From Calcarisporiella thermophila CBS 279.70 (taxonomy: Eukaryota > Fungi > Calcarisporiellomycota), in contig NW_027192212.1 in NCBI RefSeq assembly GCF_041956535.1, positions 326,970 through 390,969 of the forward strand: a DNA stretch of 64,000 bases, written 5' to 3'. Below, piece by piece: positions 1 to 12,439 of this stretch (the stretch's first letter is position 1; every line of letters starts with the position of its first letter). The notes under the pieces are model-generated. The model did no database searches. It had not been told where the DNA came from and saw only the letters and a list, made by a program, of their open reading frames with translations. The translations under genes and the position numbers were made by a program.

Positions 1-2277
1 CGCCCTTTCCTGGGTCTCTCCGCACTAACCCCTTTGTTGTGCGGGATCTTGCTACCACATCCAACAGTTCCAATATAATTAGAGCATCGGAGAGAAATAC
101 ACGATATTCATCGCCAGAAATCTCAATATCTCATACTTCCACCTCAGCTGCTCACTTTTCTCCCGATCTCCAGCCTCCTAAACATAACCGTATCGTATCA
201 CAGCAGGTTACAATCAAAACTTCAAATAATATCACTTCTGCCACAGTCCCCCAAATGAATACCGTGAAGCAAAGAGATGGAATACGAAAGCGCAAACTTC
301 CTTCAGATTGGGAAAGCAATCGAGAAAAAAGATTAGGCGATTATAGCAGCACGTCCACTAATAGAAATGGCGCAAGTTCTGCCACTCCTAGTTCACATAT
401 TACAACAGATCACCAGGGAAATAATGTAAATTTATCTGAAGAGCAGGAAGGTGTTCTAAAAGCAGTTATAAATGGGGAAAGCGTATTCTTTACTGGTTCG
501 GCAGGTGAGAAACCATACTTATAAAGCATATTTTTGTTAATATTCTAAGATTTCTATTTTTCACATATTGGAGGAACCGGAAAATCTGTGCTTCTTCGAG
601 GTCTGTATATGCTCTAAATCATAAAACACCAATATGTGAAGATCTGATCGATTTCTTTTTTATTTATCCATTTAGCAATAGTAAAGAATTTAAAGTCAAA
701 GTACCGAAATCGACCTGAAGCCGTGGCGGTTACCGCTTCTACTGGTATGGCTGCTTGTAATATTGGTGGTTGCACTGTGCACAGTTTTGCCGGCATTGGA
801 CTTGGAAATGGTACAATAGATCAAATTATATCGCGCGTAATTAAGAACCGGAAATCTGCTGAGCGGTGGAGAGCCTTAGAAGTTTTAATTATTGATGAGA
901 GTAAGCTCTATTCAACAAATTTGACCGTATCATCCAACTAATTAATTCTAAGTTTCCATGCTGAGCGCTGATCTTTTTGACAAGCTTGAAGGAGTTGCTC
1001 GTGCTGTGCGAAGATCGAATAAGCCATTTGGAGGAATTCAAGTAAGAACGATGTCCTCTATACTTGATCAGCTCGACAAAAGATATTAACGACAGTATAG
1101 CTTGTTATTACAGGCGATTTTTATCAATTGCCACCGATTTCTGATAATGGAAAAGAAGTCAAATTTACATTTGAGGCCAGAACCTGGAAGGACTGTATTC
1201 AAAGAACTATGCACTTACAGAATATATTCCGACAGAGAGACAACGGTAGTATAATCATTTCACCTTTCCTTATGATATCTTAGGGGAAAACGCTTAATAT
1301 TTTACATGATTAGAATTCGTTAAGATGCTAAACGATATTCGCGAGGGCCGGTTGTCAGAGACTACTCTACGCAAATTTAGAGAACTCTCACGACCACTTA
1401 AACATGCTAATGGTGATATAGAATGTGCACAGCTGTAAGTTATATTTTACTGTGAATGTACTTTATTTATTTGACACTTATTCCATATTCAGTTATGCGC
1501 GACGTGATCAGGTTGATAAAGCCAACTCAGAAAGGCTTGCATCTCTTTCAGGACAACTGCATATCTTCCAAGCTGAGGACTCGGGGGACGTTGCTAAATT
1601 GGAGTCCGGATGTATGGCACCTAAGATGCTGCAGCTCAAACTGCACGCGCAAGTGATGCTCTTAAAAAATCTCGATAATACCCTAGTAAATGGCTCCCTG
1701 GGAATTGTCGTTGGATTTGTTGGAGAAGGCGAATATCGATATCTTGCCGGCCAGCTTTCTGAGTCCAATAGGAAGAATCAGGATACTTCAATACAAGATG
1801 TAAATAAACCTTACCCGATTGTTAAGTTTGCGAATGGTCGGGAGATTATGGTACTTCCTGAGGAGTGGAAATTGGAGTTACCTGGTGGTGAAGTAATTGC
1901 ACAGCGGATACAGGTAAAACTTAAACGTTACATTAGGATACCAATATACTCCAGATTATAATGCACTATATTGTTATAGATCCCATTATTGCTCGCCTGG
2001 TCTATGTCAATTCATAAAAGTCAAGGTCAAACACTCGATCTAGTTAAAGTTGATCTAGGTGGTGTCTTTGAGAAAGGTAAGATTTTTCATCTTTCAAATT
2101 CTGTGCTTTGGCTAATTTACTCCATACTCTTTCATTTATGCATAAAAAGGCCAAGCCTATGTCGCCCTTTCTCGCGCAACCTCGCTTGATGGACTTCAGG
2201 TTCTCAATTTTAATCCACAACATGTTATGGCACACCCTGTTGTAGTAAAGTATTATACTGAGTTAAAGAGTGCATAA
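1..2277 (+). CDS. PIF1: PIF1-family 5'-3' DNA helicase (5' end lies outside the window; multi-exon)
   Basis: Spliced motifs: FFTGSAG|TGKS (Walker A), [30 protein letters not shown]|ISM, PFGGIQ|[61 protein letters not shown]. Stop TAA at 2275-2277. Confidence 0.95.
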
Positions 2278-2458
2278 ACAACCTATTCTTTGCCACTTCT
2301 TGCAACATTGTCGAAATATTTATATTAATGAAATATCATATCATGTATAACCCATAATTGCTGGTTATTTCTTGATTTCCTCTTAAAAAAATAAATTTTT
2401 ATGATTGAGAAAAATTTTGAAAATTGTGATAAATGAACTGATGAAAAAAGGTTCTAGT

Positions 2459-3689
2459 TTAATAACCACCATATTGTCCAGGTTGAGGTTGTCCATATCC
2501 CTGGGGAGGCTGTCCATATCCTTGTGGTGGTTGCCCGTATCCCTGAGGAGGTTGTCCATATCCCTGAGGAGGCTGTCCATAACCTTGAGGCGGTTGCCCA
2601 TATCCCTGAGGAGGCTGTCCATAACCTTGAGGCGGTTGCCCATATCCCTGAGGAGGTTGTCCATATCCTTGTGGCGGTTGTCCATATCCCTGAGGTGGCT
2701 GTCCATACGGAAGCTGCTGGCCAAGGGGCTGCTGAGGTTGCTGAACTCCAGGCTGTTGATACCCTGGACCTGGAGAGTGGGTCACCATTGGAGCATATCC
2801 TTGAGTTGGTGCACGAATGTCGAGTTTTTCAGGTTCACAAAACCAGAGCTAAATATTGTAGAATATGTAAATAAATATCGAGAAGCATCGAATATACGCG
2901 TATTAAAAAATTTAAAAACCTGATTCAAAGCGTCACTTGACTTTTTCTTATACAAAATCTACAAAGGGCTATTTGTTATTTATATTTCCTCCATCTTTTA
3001 AAGTAAAAATGTTACTATTTGTGTTCCTGGCTTATCCTCATCTCCTCTTATATCAATCACTAGAGATTCATCTGCAAGTACTTTTGGGAAAACGAACCCA
3101 TTGTGGTACTCCCAAAGCTATCATAATAAAATTCAAAATATTCAGAATTATAATCCCGAGCATAAAATATTAATTAAATACTTGATTTTTCGCGTCCGAT
3201 ATATTCTTGCGCGTATACTGGCACAGCTGTGCAACTGCCTTTAGATCTCCTAATAATATATATTTGAAACAATTCCGAGTCAGTTAATCATTCTAAGATT
3301 ATGGAACTCTTAAGAATAAACTTATAAACACCTCCAGCTACATCCAATACGTGTCGTGAGCGTTTATTCTCAAGGTATCCATTGTCATATCTCCATAGCT
3401 GATTGTCAGCTTCGGGGCCAAATTTCTGATCCCACAGCACAAGTTTAGCTAATTGTAAAAATAGCATTAGAAAAAAACATACTATATTATACTTAATGAA
3501 TTAGTAATAAACCTCCAGCCTTTATTTCGTTTAATGAAGTGAAGAGAAATTAGTAACATAATTCAAATTAATTACTTTCGGGAAAAAAGTAGTAAGAGTA
3601 CATACCGAAGCAGAGCCATCTTGTATATCAATTACTTTTCCATACTTCCTGCTTTTAAGGTAGAAATACCCTTGTGGAAATCCGGACAT
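2459..3689 (-). CDS. Ricin-B (beta-trefoil, CBM13-like) lectin with C-terminal Gly/Tyr/Gln/Pro heptad-repeat tail; 7 exons; no signal peptide
   Basis: Spliced translation [28 protein letters not shown]|AG|AKLVLWDQK...DNQLWRY...VLDVAG|GDLK...KNQ|LWEY...LVIDIRG...|ILYKKK...LNQ|LWFCE... It contains three NQLW (QxW) motifs and joins ORF 2459..2788 in frame. Confidence 0.85.
2498..2707 (-). repeat. Coding tandem repeat: 21-bp unit x10 encoding (YGQPPQG)10, including an exact 42-bp duplication (2556-2597 = 2598-2639)
   Basis: Directly visible in the sequence and in ORF 2459..2788. Confidence 0.95.
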
Positions 3690-4383
3690 GATGATTTTCA
3701 AATATAGATAGAAAAAAAAAAATGGCTCGATATCGTGGGTTTTATATTACGACGTGGCAAAGCCTTTTTCTTAAAGGGATTTAGTCCCTTGCGGAGTAGT
3801 TTACTAAAAATAAATCAGGAAAACTATAGATAAATTACTGCTAGCTTATTACCTTGGCACTAGATATTTGAACAAAACTATGGGTACTATTTAATGGGTC
3901 TATCGTATATACATTAATAGGACCATACCTTTAGGACATCTGGTTTTTATTAAATTTACATGTCGATTAATACATTGTGAGCTAATATAATGAAAGATGT
4001 TAATTCAGGAGGAAATTAAAAATTGTTTCTCGGTCAAATTTGCGAAAAACACCAATTAGAAATTATTAAAATAATCGAAAAAATTGAAATAAAAAAATAT
4101 TTGAAATATTTTTCGAATTTTTCTTAAAATTTTATTTTCAGCCTATACTATTTGCTAAAATATTTTCAGTATATTTTGATTTTTTTAAAATTCAAAAGAA
4201 AATGATCGCTAGTATAAGATCTCAGTAGTTTAACACAAGTTATGAAATAAATAATTGAAGAATATTGAATGCTTGATTAATTCTGCTAGGATTGTTATTT
4301 TCAAATGTCCTTCAAATTATACATTTAATCATTTTAAGTATTTGAATATTCTATAATATCAAATGATCTTTATTATGCCCTTT

Positions 4384-7300
4384 TCAGCGCCGATTTCGTG
4401 AGATTAAATCCCCCTTAGATTTACTTGTACTATTTCTTACATCCATATCCAGCTGTAAACGCTCCAACTCTTCTAGTAATGGTTGGTGTTTTTCGAAAGC
4501 ATCTTTGGCCATCCGGAATCCAATTGTTCGTAGAGATTTTACTGATAAAAAAGTGGTGTTAATTTATATATATGAATATTATCAACATTATTAATTACCA
4601 TCCGTACTCCCGTCCAGTTCATATGCCTTGTGCTTCCAAAACTCTTCTACAGGATAAAGAGAATTTGGAATCAGTTTGTCTAGTAATTCTCCGGAATAGG
4701 TTCATCAGATACTTACTTGTTCTTTCAAAAAACGCATTTAGCTTTTCTCCCGGCTTGGGAATGTATTCTGAACCAAATTCCTAGAATAAATATTATCAGG
4801 GATGACTATAACTCAAGGAGAGTGAATATTAATTATTACCGATTGGACCTCATCCATTTCGGAAATAATGCTCCTCTCATCGTCATTTACGTTTCTATCT
4901 TTCTCCAAATTGAGTTTGTTGTTATCTATATTCTCAAGTTCATCACTCTCGTCGTTCTCGCTCTCGTCGTCATCATCTAGGGCACTCCCATCGTCATTAT
5001 CCTCATCGTCGTCATCATCCTCATCATCATCATCGTCGTCATCATCTTCCTCGCCCAGCCATTCGTGTTTGCTTATGTCTGTGTCCTGGAGACATTTGAA
5101 CTCTAAAAATACGCTATAATTACTATAATATGATAAATATTTTAAACAATAGCAGTATTACCATCAAGCTTATTCAAATCCAACGAATAAAAATCATCTA
5201 ACGTGACTTCACGATCCTGGATCTCCAAGATACCGCCGTAACTAATAAGATATTATGTAAGTCCCGGGTTGAATAAAAAGAGAAACAATAAAAATGGTTA
5301 CATAAAAAGTGTATTTTTTTGCACACACATCATGGCATTAAACCGAGGTGAAGGAAATTTATTAGAATTTTCAGGGATAGCGGTATTACTAGCAGTGGTG
5401 ATATCCGGAATATGGTGCATCTCCTCAGGGGTTTGATAAGTCTATAGTATATTAATAAGAAGTTGAGAAATAAATATATAATGTTATATATATCAACCTC
5501 TCTGATATCATCTGAATTATTGGCGAGTTCTGCTTTAGTAGCTTTAGTTTTCAGCTTCTTTGGCTTCTTTAATGTTAAAGAAGACCAGCGGTGGTTATCA
5601 GTCTGATAGATAAACCTAAAAAATTGCACAGGATATTAAAAACAACAAAATTACGAAAGTCGAGCATTTATTATACATACATGTCATTATAGAATGTACT
5701 CTCAAGATCGTCAAATTCTTTATCGTAAACCCCGCCGAAGAGATAGCCGCGATTTTTGTAAGAACACATTACTGCACCACATCTTGGGCTAGTAGCAATA
5801 AAACAGCTTAAATAAATAATAATAAGACTTTTTTGACGTAAACTTACGATGGGGCAAATCCAGATTTTTTTCTTTTCTCCCAGCGGATTTTTTTAATATC
5901 AGGGTCCATTTTGAGCATCCAGGTATCTAAAAGATAATATGTCCATCGTCCGCCTCAAGTTTAATTAAGCCGGGATATCTTATTATTTACCTGTATGAGT
6001 AATCCCTTTGGCTTGCTGACCTTTAAGGAACTGTTTAGTGTATCCCCCATGTAAGATGATTCCTTCGTTGCATGGGATGAAGCAGAAGCCACTCCTAGGA
6101 CTATTACCTCATTTACAAATATATATTTAGGCTTGTTAGTTTAGAAAAATTTTTTTGTGGCGATATTCACCTTGGCTTTGGTTCCGGAATATGATCTAGC
6201 TTGATCCAGGAGTAATCAATGAGGGAAAAAAGCCAAGTATCATTATAGTAGTGTGTTTCTATATTATCATCACGAAAGCCTACAAGTTTGCGCTTCAGCA
6301 AGGGAAAGATAAAAGCTTATTGTAATTATCATCAACTCACCTCCAAATAACACGATATAGCTTTTCCATATCTTAAATAAGATAAATATTAGTTTATATT
6401 GCAAAATAAATATTCGTTTATAATCTTGACCTACCGCCATTCGGTGGCCAGAGCGAGGCGAAGGTTTTGTACGCAGTTCCAATCTTTCCCAAGCATTCGT
6501 TTTCAAATCCAAGCACCAAAAATCCTGCCAAGAAACATTTAGGATTCTACTTGAAAATATTTCGGATTCAACTCACTTTGTAATGGAAAAACGTCGACTC
6601 TGATGGAGAAGCAAACTCGCCTAAAGAAATATTCATGATTACTATATTGTTTAAGAAGGATTACTCTTGGCTACTTACCCCCAAAAAGAAATAGCATCCC
6701 AGCTGGTGTGGCCACCATCTGGTGAGAAGAACGTGGACCAGGCGAGTTATTTGAGGTGATATGTCTCCATTCGTTTTTTTCAATATTATATCTAGCAACA
6801 TTTCAAGAAACTTTCAGTATAGCTAAATTTAAGAGCTATATATGACATATTTACTTGAAGAAGTCGTTATAAAAGTAACTAATAATGGGAAATTGTCAAT
6901 AAAATTTGTAAATTTGCAAATAAATGTGTTTACTTTACCATCGCTGCCCGTCAAAATATTCACCTCCGAACATTAAAAGTTCACGATCCGATATTGGATT
7001 TGCGATAAATGAGGCATTACAACGGCGACTTTGGAGGTTATAAAAGGTTATAAAGTTATAAAAATAAATAGAACAGCTACTTGATAATACTCAATTACCT
7101 TGGCGGTCCTCCTACGGTTTCTTCCGTAATTTTGTATTTCTCTTCTTGCTAATTAATAGACAAATATTAGATGAATATAACTAGAATAAGAAATATATAT
7201 TTACCTCCTGTTTAAAAGCTAATAAAATTGCATCGATGTCCTCCTCGGGCTCGTTCAACGCCGCTTTTGATTTTTTATTAATCTTTTTGTTGCCTTTCTT

Positions 7301-7409
7301 TACAGCCTGAATTGGATTCGAAAAGAATGAAAATAAGAAAATATAATCAATTATAGATGATACTAACTTTCTCTTGGTTTCTTGCTTTATTTTTCTTGTT
7401 TTTTGGCAT
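4384..7409 (-). CDS. KEL3: Kelch-repeat protein KLHDC4/Kel3 with acidic tract and C-terminal DUF4110-like domain (about 19 exons)
   Basis: Lys-rich N-terminus MPKNKKNK; kelch motifs FGGEYFDG, PGPRSSHQ, LFGGEFASPSESTFFHYKDFW, PSPRSGHRM, FPSPRFNAM, YGGILE; D/E tract at about 4940-5050; C-terminal PKPGEKLNAFFERT. Stop TGA at 4384-4386. Confidence 0.88.
4990..5050 (-). repeat. Coding (GAT/GAC/GAG)n acidic trinucleotide tract within KEL3
   Basis: Run of tca/tcg/tcc triplets on the + strand, encoding poly-Asp/Glu on the - strand. Confidence 0.8.
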
Positions 7410-7835
7410 TTTACAAAGACTTTATAAACGAATTTTGCAATATATGGTATACCAAAAATTTATATTAAGTTCGATTCTGTCAATATTGTAGCTATATGCG
7501 TGACTTCGAATTTGCATAATATAAAAACATTAATGCACTTCTTATACCAAATCCATTGTAAATGGTAATCGATAAATATTCTCTAGAAATCCATAGTTGC
7601 TCTGCTCGATAAGTTCGAATTACTCTACTATGTTAGCATTAATTTTTAAAACCTGATCAAGCTTAATCTTGATGCGACCATATCTACAGAACAAAGAAAT
7701 ACAGAAAAATTTGCAGATGCGCTTTCATATAAAAAGCTGTTTATTTGGGCAATTAAATACAGGAGAGATAGCTAAAAGAAATACTCAACTGTAAAAAATA
7801 TAATCTAACAGTAATTTTGAAACATATTAACAAGT

Positions 7836-9379
7836 TTATGGGTGGGAAGAGACAGAAGAGGTTGGCGGAGGTGGAAGTGGGTACCTTCTAAAGAGGTAGG
7901 GCTTCATTTGTTTAAGTGAATACTCCACTTTGTCATTACGTCGGCTGTCTATACTGTAGTACTCAATCCAGGCCAGTTTGTTGTGCTTCCCACGATGTGT
8001 GGATCGTAGTTTGAGTGTGACATAAAATGTGTCGTTTGGTCGAGTCGATTCTTTGAGGGTTACGTTAACAATCTCACCTTCAATTCGGTAGAATCCATGC
8101 ATCAAGCCCTTTTTGTACTTCATCAACGGATGAAATGTACGCACAACTTCCTTTGGCTCCTCAGAGCTACAAAGCGAAATACAAGAGAAATCCGAAAAGA
8201 AGCGGAGGAATCGAAAATAAGTTACTAAATCTAATAAATAGAATATCATTTCAATACAGGAAAGATGTTGAAGGGAATCGTCAAAATTGCTTACGAATAG
8301 GTTGATACCACGCATTATCAGAACTTCCTGGCCTTAGAAATATAATAGTAAGATTAGCGTTTCCTTAATGATATTCAAAGTCAACAGGTGGAGGTTAAAT
8401 AAAAACCTTATATAATTGCAAACTGATATGTAGATCCCATCTTCAGTTCGAACTCTAGGTCGCTCAATATACATTCGAAGCCAATTTCTCTGATAGAGCT
8501 CCAAATAATCTTCCTGGAGTAAAGAGTTTGCACGTTTAGAAAGAGAGGGGTTGCGATATGTATGCTCGCATAAATATCTCCAGAGTGACTGAGATCGCGT
8601 TAACAGTAGAAATTTTTTACAAGTCAAAGATAATTGCAGAACTGATCGAAAGTCTTCTATGATCAAATGCTTCATGATATAGAGTATAAGTTCATCTATG
8701 CTTCCGAAGTTAGTATCAAGTATTTGCAAATATCAATAAGATTATACTGACTAGGTAATCTACGTAGCAGAATTTGCTTGTTCGTATTTTCCGGAACAAA
8801 ATCTATCTCCATATCCTGAAATTGATTCACCAATTCATCCACACTCGTTTTTTCGAATTTTGAATTCATATTTGGATCGTAGTCGTTTCCGGTATGGATC
8901 GGTCGGACAAATGAATCATCATCATTATGTTGGGCTTCATGAAGTGCGATGTTTTCACGGTATGATTCCATAACATTTGAATCGAGTTTAAATGCTAAGC
9001 GATAGTTAATTAATGCTAATATTAAGAAGGCATTAAGTACTGACGAGGTTAAATCTAGAATTAGTCATGAATATAAATTTAGAATTTTACCTTGACTTAA
9101 ATTCCCCTCTTTTTCCTTTATAACTCCAGCTGAATATAGCTTTATTGCTCTTTCAGAGGCGTTCTCTGAGTTTTCTACTGCGCTTCTATCCTCAGGTTTA
9201 GTATTCGAGAGATTCTGCTCGGTTAATGAATCTTTATCTTCCGGTTTGCTATACTTATTACTTGTAGCATTTACAGCAGAAGGAGTTAGATGAGTTATGT
9301 CGTTGGCTGCCGCCTTATTCTTTGCTAACACTACTTCCGCCCTCCATTGTTTGCGAAATTCTTCCAATTCTTCTTCCAT
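7836..9379 (-). CDS. HRT3: F-box protein FBXO9/Hrt3/Pof7 (4 exons)
   Basis: N-terminus MEEELEEFRKQWRAEV; TPR-like AIKLY..GV.KEKEGNLSQ|ALINYRLAFKLD; F-box LP|NELILYI...LSLTCKKF...LWRYLC; RPRVRTEDGIYISVCNY; LVTYFRFLRFF. Confidence 0.88.
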
Positions 9380-9485
9380 ACTAGCTAGCGTACTGAAAAA
9401 ATTGAAAGATAAATTATACTCTATGAAAATTGCAACCTGTGGCTAATAAATTTATTTGCTGTTTTTGTCACCTGTATAAAGAAAA

Positions 9486-10572
9486 ATGCTGTTACATTCG
9501 ATACGATCGAAAAGAACCCGAAGCACTCTGCTCCATTATAATGAATTATTCACCATTCATACTTTAGTACAGCGTAATAATCAAACACGCTCTACTGGCT
9601 CTCTGAGATGGATCTCTGCCTGTTCAATAGCGCTTGGAGCTATATACACATCATATGCCTGGTATAATCAGAGGCGAGCAACAATATTGAGCCCCGAACG
9701 TTTTATAGAGCTCCAAGTGACTTCAGTCGAGCCTATAAATCATAACACTTCACTTTTCCGCCTGAGGTTGCCGCGCCCAATTGTTGCAGGTCTCCCAGCT
9801 ATTTCGTGTATACATGTCAAAGACGACAGCATGCAAATTATGAGACCTTATACACCAATCAATCAGTGTGACGAGACCATCGATCACCTAGATTTACTTG
9901 TCAAACGATATGAAAATGGAACTATGAGCAAGTCTGTTCATCTCCTTCGACCGGGTGATAGAATTGGAGTCCGTGGACCGTTCGTAGAATTTCCATATTC
10001 TGCAAATATGAAAGATGACATTGGAATGGTGATTCCATGTGTTTTATATTTACTTAATAGTGCAGCTAAATAGATGATTTGTCTTAATCTAGATTGCCGG
10101 TGGCTCCGGGATCACCCCACTTTACCAGTTAATGTGCAAGATATTGCATGATCCCAATGATAAAACACGTATCTCACTTGTTTACGCTAATATAACGGAG
10201 GAGGATATTCTGCTTCGCAAAGAAATTGACGAATTACAACGCCGATACCCTGAACGTTTGCGTGTGTACTATACACTCGAACGCCCTCCAGCAGCAGGCT
10301 GGATTGGCGGCATCGGCTGGGTAAACGAGAAGATCCTTAAGGAAAACCTCCCCCCACCTCACCCTAGGTCACTAATTCTTGTGTGCGGGCCAGATGGGTA
10401 AGTTATTTAGGTTGCTTTTCTTTCTTGAGTGGTGATACGTTGTTCTAATGGCTGTATATGAAGAATGGTTCATCATGTAGCGGGTGAGAAAGCTCGTGAT
10501 CTCTCTCAAGGGAAGCTCGGCGGGATACTTTGCGGGCTGGGATATATGGAGAACCATGTCTTTAAGTTCTGA
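9486..10572 (+). CDS. MCR1: Mitochondrial NADH-cytochrome b5 reductase (Mcr1-like; 3 exons)
   Basis: Presequence plus TM segment; INHNTSLFR, RPYTP, LLVKRYENGTMS, RGP, GM|IAGGSGITPLYQ, LVYAN.TEEDILLR, LVCGPDG. Stop TGA at 10570-10572. Confidence 0.9.
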
Positions 10573-10798
10573 AAAGTGATGTTATTAAAATAGAGAAAAC
10601 CGCCCTAGATTTCTACTTGTTCATGTTGATATTCGCTATCTTCGAAATATAAAATTAATTCTGAAACAATTCGCCAATCAGTGTTTATCTCAGTCGGAGG
10701 TTGAATATGCTTTCGGGCGGCGCGGGAAGGTACCGAACGACTTTTTAAGACCTTTCAGCCAGGGTGGAATTAAATCGAAAGTTGCAAAAAGATTAACA

Positions 10799-12230
10799 AT
10801 GAACTCATCATTCGTGGATCCAAGCTGGGAACTTTCTGATCTTGGACTCGATTCCGAATCACAGAACATTTTAGCCGCAGCGCTTGCTAGCACTGCGCTT
10901 CCAAATCAAATACTAAATGACAAACGGAAGAATGATGAGAATGAAATGCTGTACCCAGTGAAAATTTCTCGTATGTATCGCATTTGGTTTGCTTAAAGCT
11001 TTCTAGATGTAGGGTGATTGACATTGCTTTTTCATCAGATTTAGAGAATGAAAACATAAAACAGCAGCCTACTCCACCAGAGAACGGCGAACAAGGTTGG
11101 CTCATTAATCCATTTTTCGAATTGCTTTTTCAATCTAAATTTGCTTAATATTGTTACATTTTATTTAGAATCGTTGCCCAATGGGCAGAGAAAACCAGGT
11201 CGTAAGCCAATCGTGAACAGTGAGGTGGAGCCTCACGATAAATCTTCTGTATGTCAACTATTTCACTCTAATTTAATCCTCGCCATATATCGATAATTTA
11301 TTGTGTTTAATAGAAACGAAAGGCACAGAATAGAGCCGCTCAGCGCGCATTTCGTGAACGTAAAGAAAAATATGTTAAAGAACTTGAGACCCGTATCAGT
11401 GAATTGGAGAATGCTGAGAAGAAAACCTCTCGTTTAGAAGAGGAAAACAAGAGATTGCGAGCTATTTTAGAGCAATTACAAGCGGAAAATCTTGCGCTCA
11501 AAGCCGAATTCACTTTTGAATTCCCACTACCCGATCCAAACTTACTTAAGCCGATTTCTGACTTAGCGCTGCCATCGCCACCCTCTTCTAAAGAGATTAT
11601 AAATGAGTCTTCTCCAGAGACTGAAACACCAGGCTCGTTGAGCAGCAGTAATCTACACTTTGATCCCAACACCCCCGAAACACTATTCACATCACCTGAA
11701 TACGAGGCATCGAATCAGTTTTCTGATAGTAATCTCTCCCCCAGCCAATACACACCCAAATCCGCGTCACTCGGTAAAGCACCTAATCAACACAGCGTTA
11801 CATATGACAGCTCAACTGTACTTTTCGGAGCCTACCGTGATGCACCGATTTTCCCAAATGACTCTCTTCTTTCCAATAATGATGAGTTTCCACAGCTTTT
11901 CGATATATCTGACTTTGGTGGTTTTCCCGTGCCTGCTCCGGCCTCATCAGACGCTGAAAAGCCAGCTGAAACCACTCCGCCCGACAAAGAGCAGCTCTCT
12001 GGCCCTGCAGCCTGGAAAATCATCACAGAGCATCCCAAATTCGAAGAATTTGATTTGGACGCACTATGTGACGAGGTTAGCTATTTTCACTTTTCTTTCC
12101 AAGTAGGACATCTGCTTATTAAATATTTTTACGATGTTAGTTCAAGAAAAAAGCCAAGTGCTCGAAAGCCCTGGTCGACCGAGACATACTCGACAATATC
12201 ATTAAAAAACTTGAAGAAAATACAGGCTGA
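10799..12230 (+). CDS. YAP1: AP-1-like bZIP transcription factor (Yap1/Pap1 family) with C-terminal PAP1 domain (5 exons)
   Basis: RKPGRKP; bZIP KRKAQNRAAQRAFRERKEKYVKELE; C-terminus WKIITEHPKFEEFDLDALCDE|FKKKAKCS. Stop TGA at 12228-12230. Confidence 0.88.
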
Positions 12231-12439
12231 AATAGTTTTAAGTATTCATAAGTACTATTTAATCGATTTAGTTAATATTACAAGCACGGGTTGTAAATTT
12301 TTTTTTTTGTTGACTGTTTTACTTGCAACAGTTTCGTATATTTTTTTTCTCTCTCTTTGAGTTTGTCATCACCTTTGTCTAAAATATATTTGCATATATA
12401 AGAGTTAAATATCTATATATTTGACATATTTAGTTGCTT

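Noticed and set aside
2383-2923. Three additional overlapping repetitive ORFs (113, 172 and 116 aa) across the heptad repeat; superficially CRISPR-like periodicity
   Set aside because: They are by-products of a stop-free 21-bp coding repeat. There are no unique spacers, and only the YGQPPQG frame splices to the lectin and shows synonymous-only variation.
3495-3810. TTACTAA/TTAGTAA Yap1-response elements near the lectin gene
   Set aside because: Two copies lie within introns and resemble branch points, and the third is in very AT-rich DNA where chance matches are expected.
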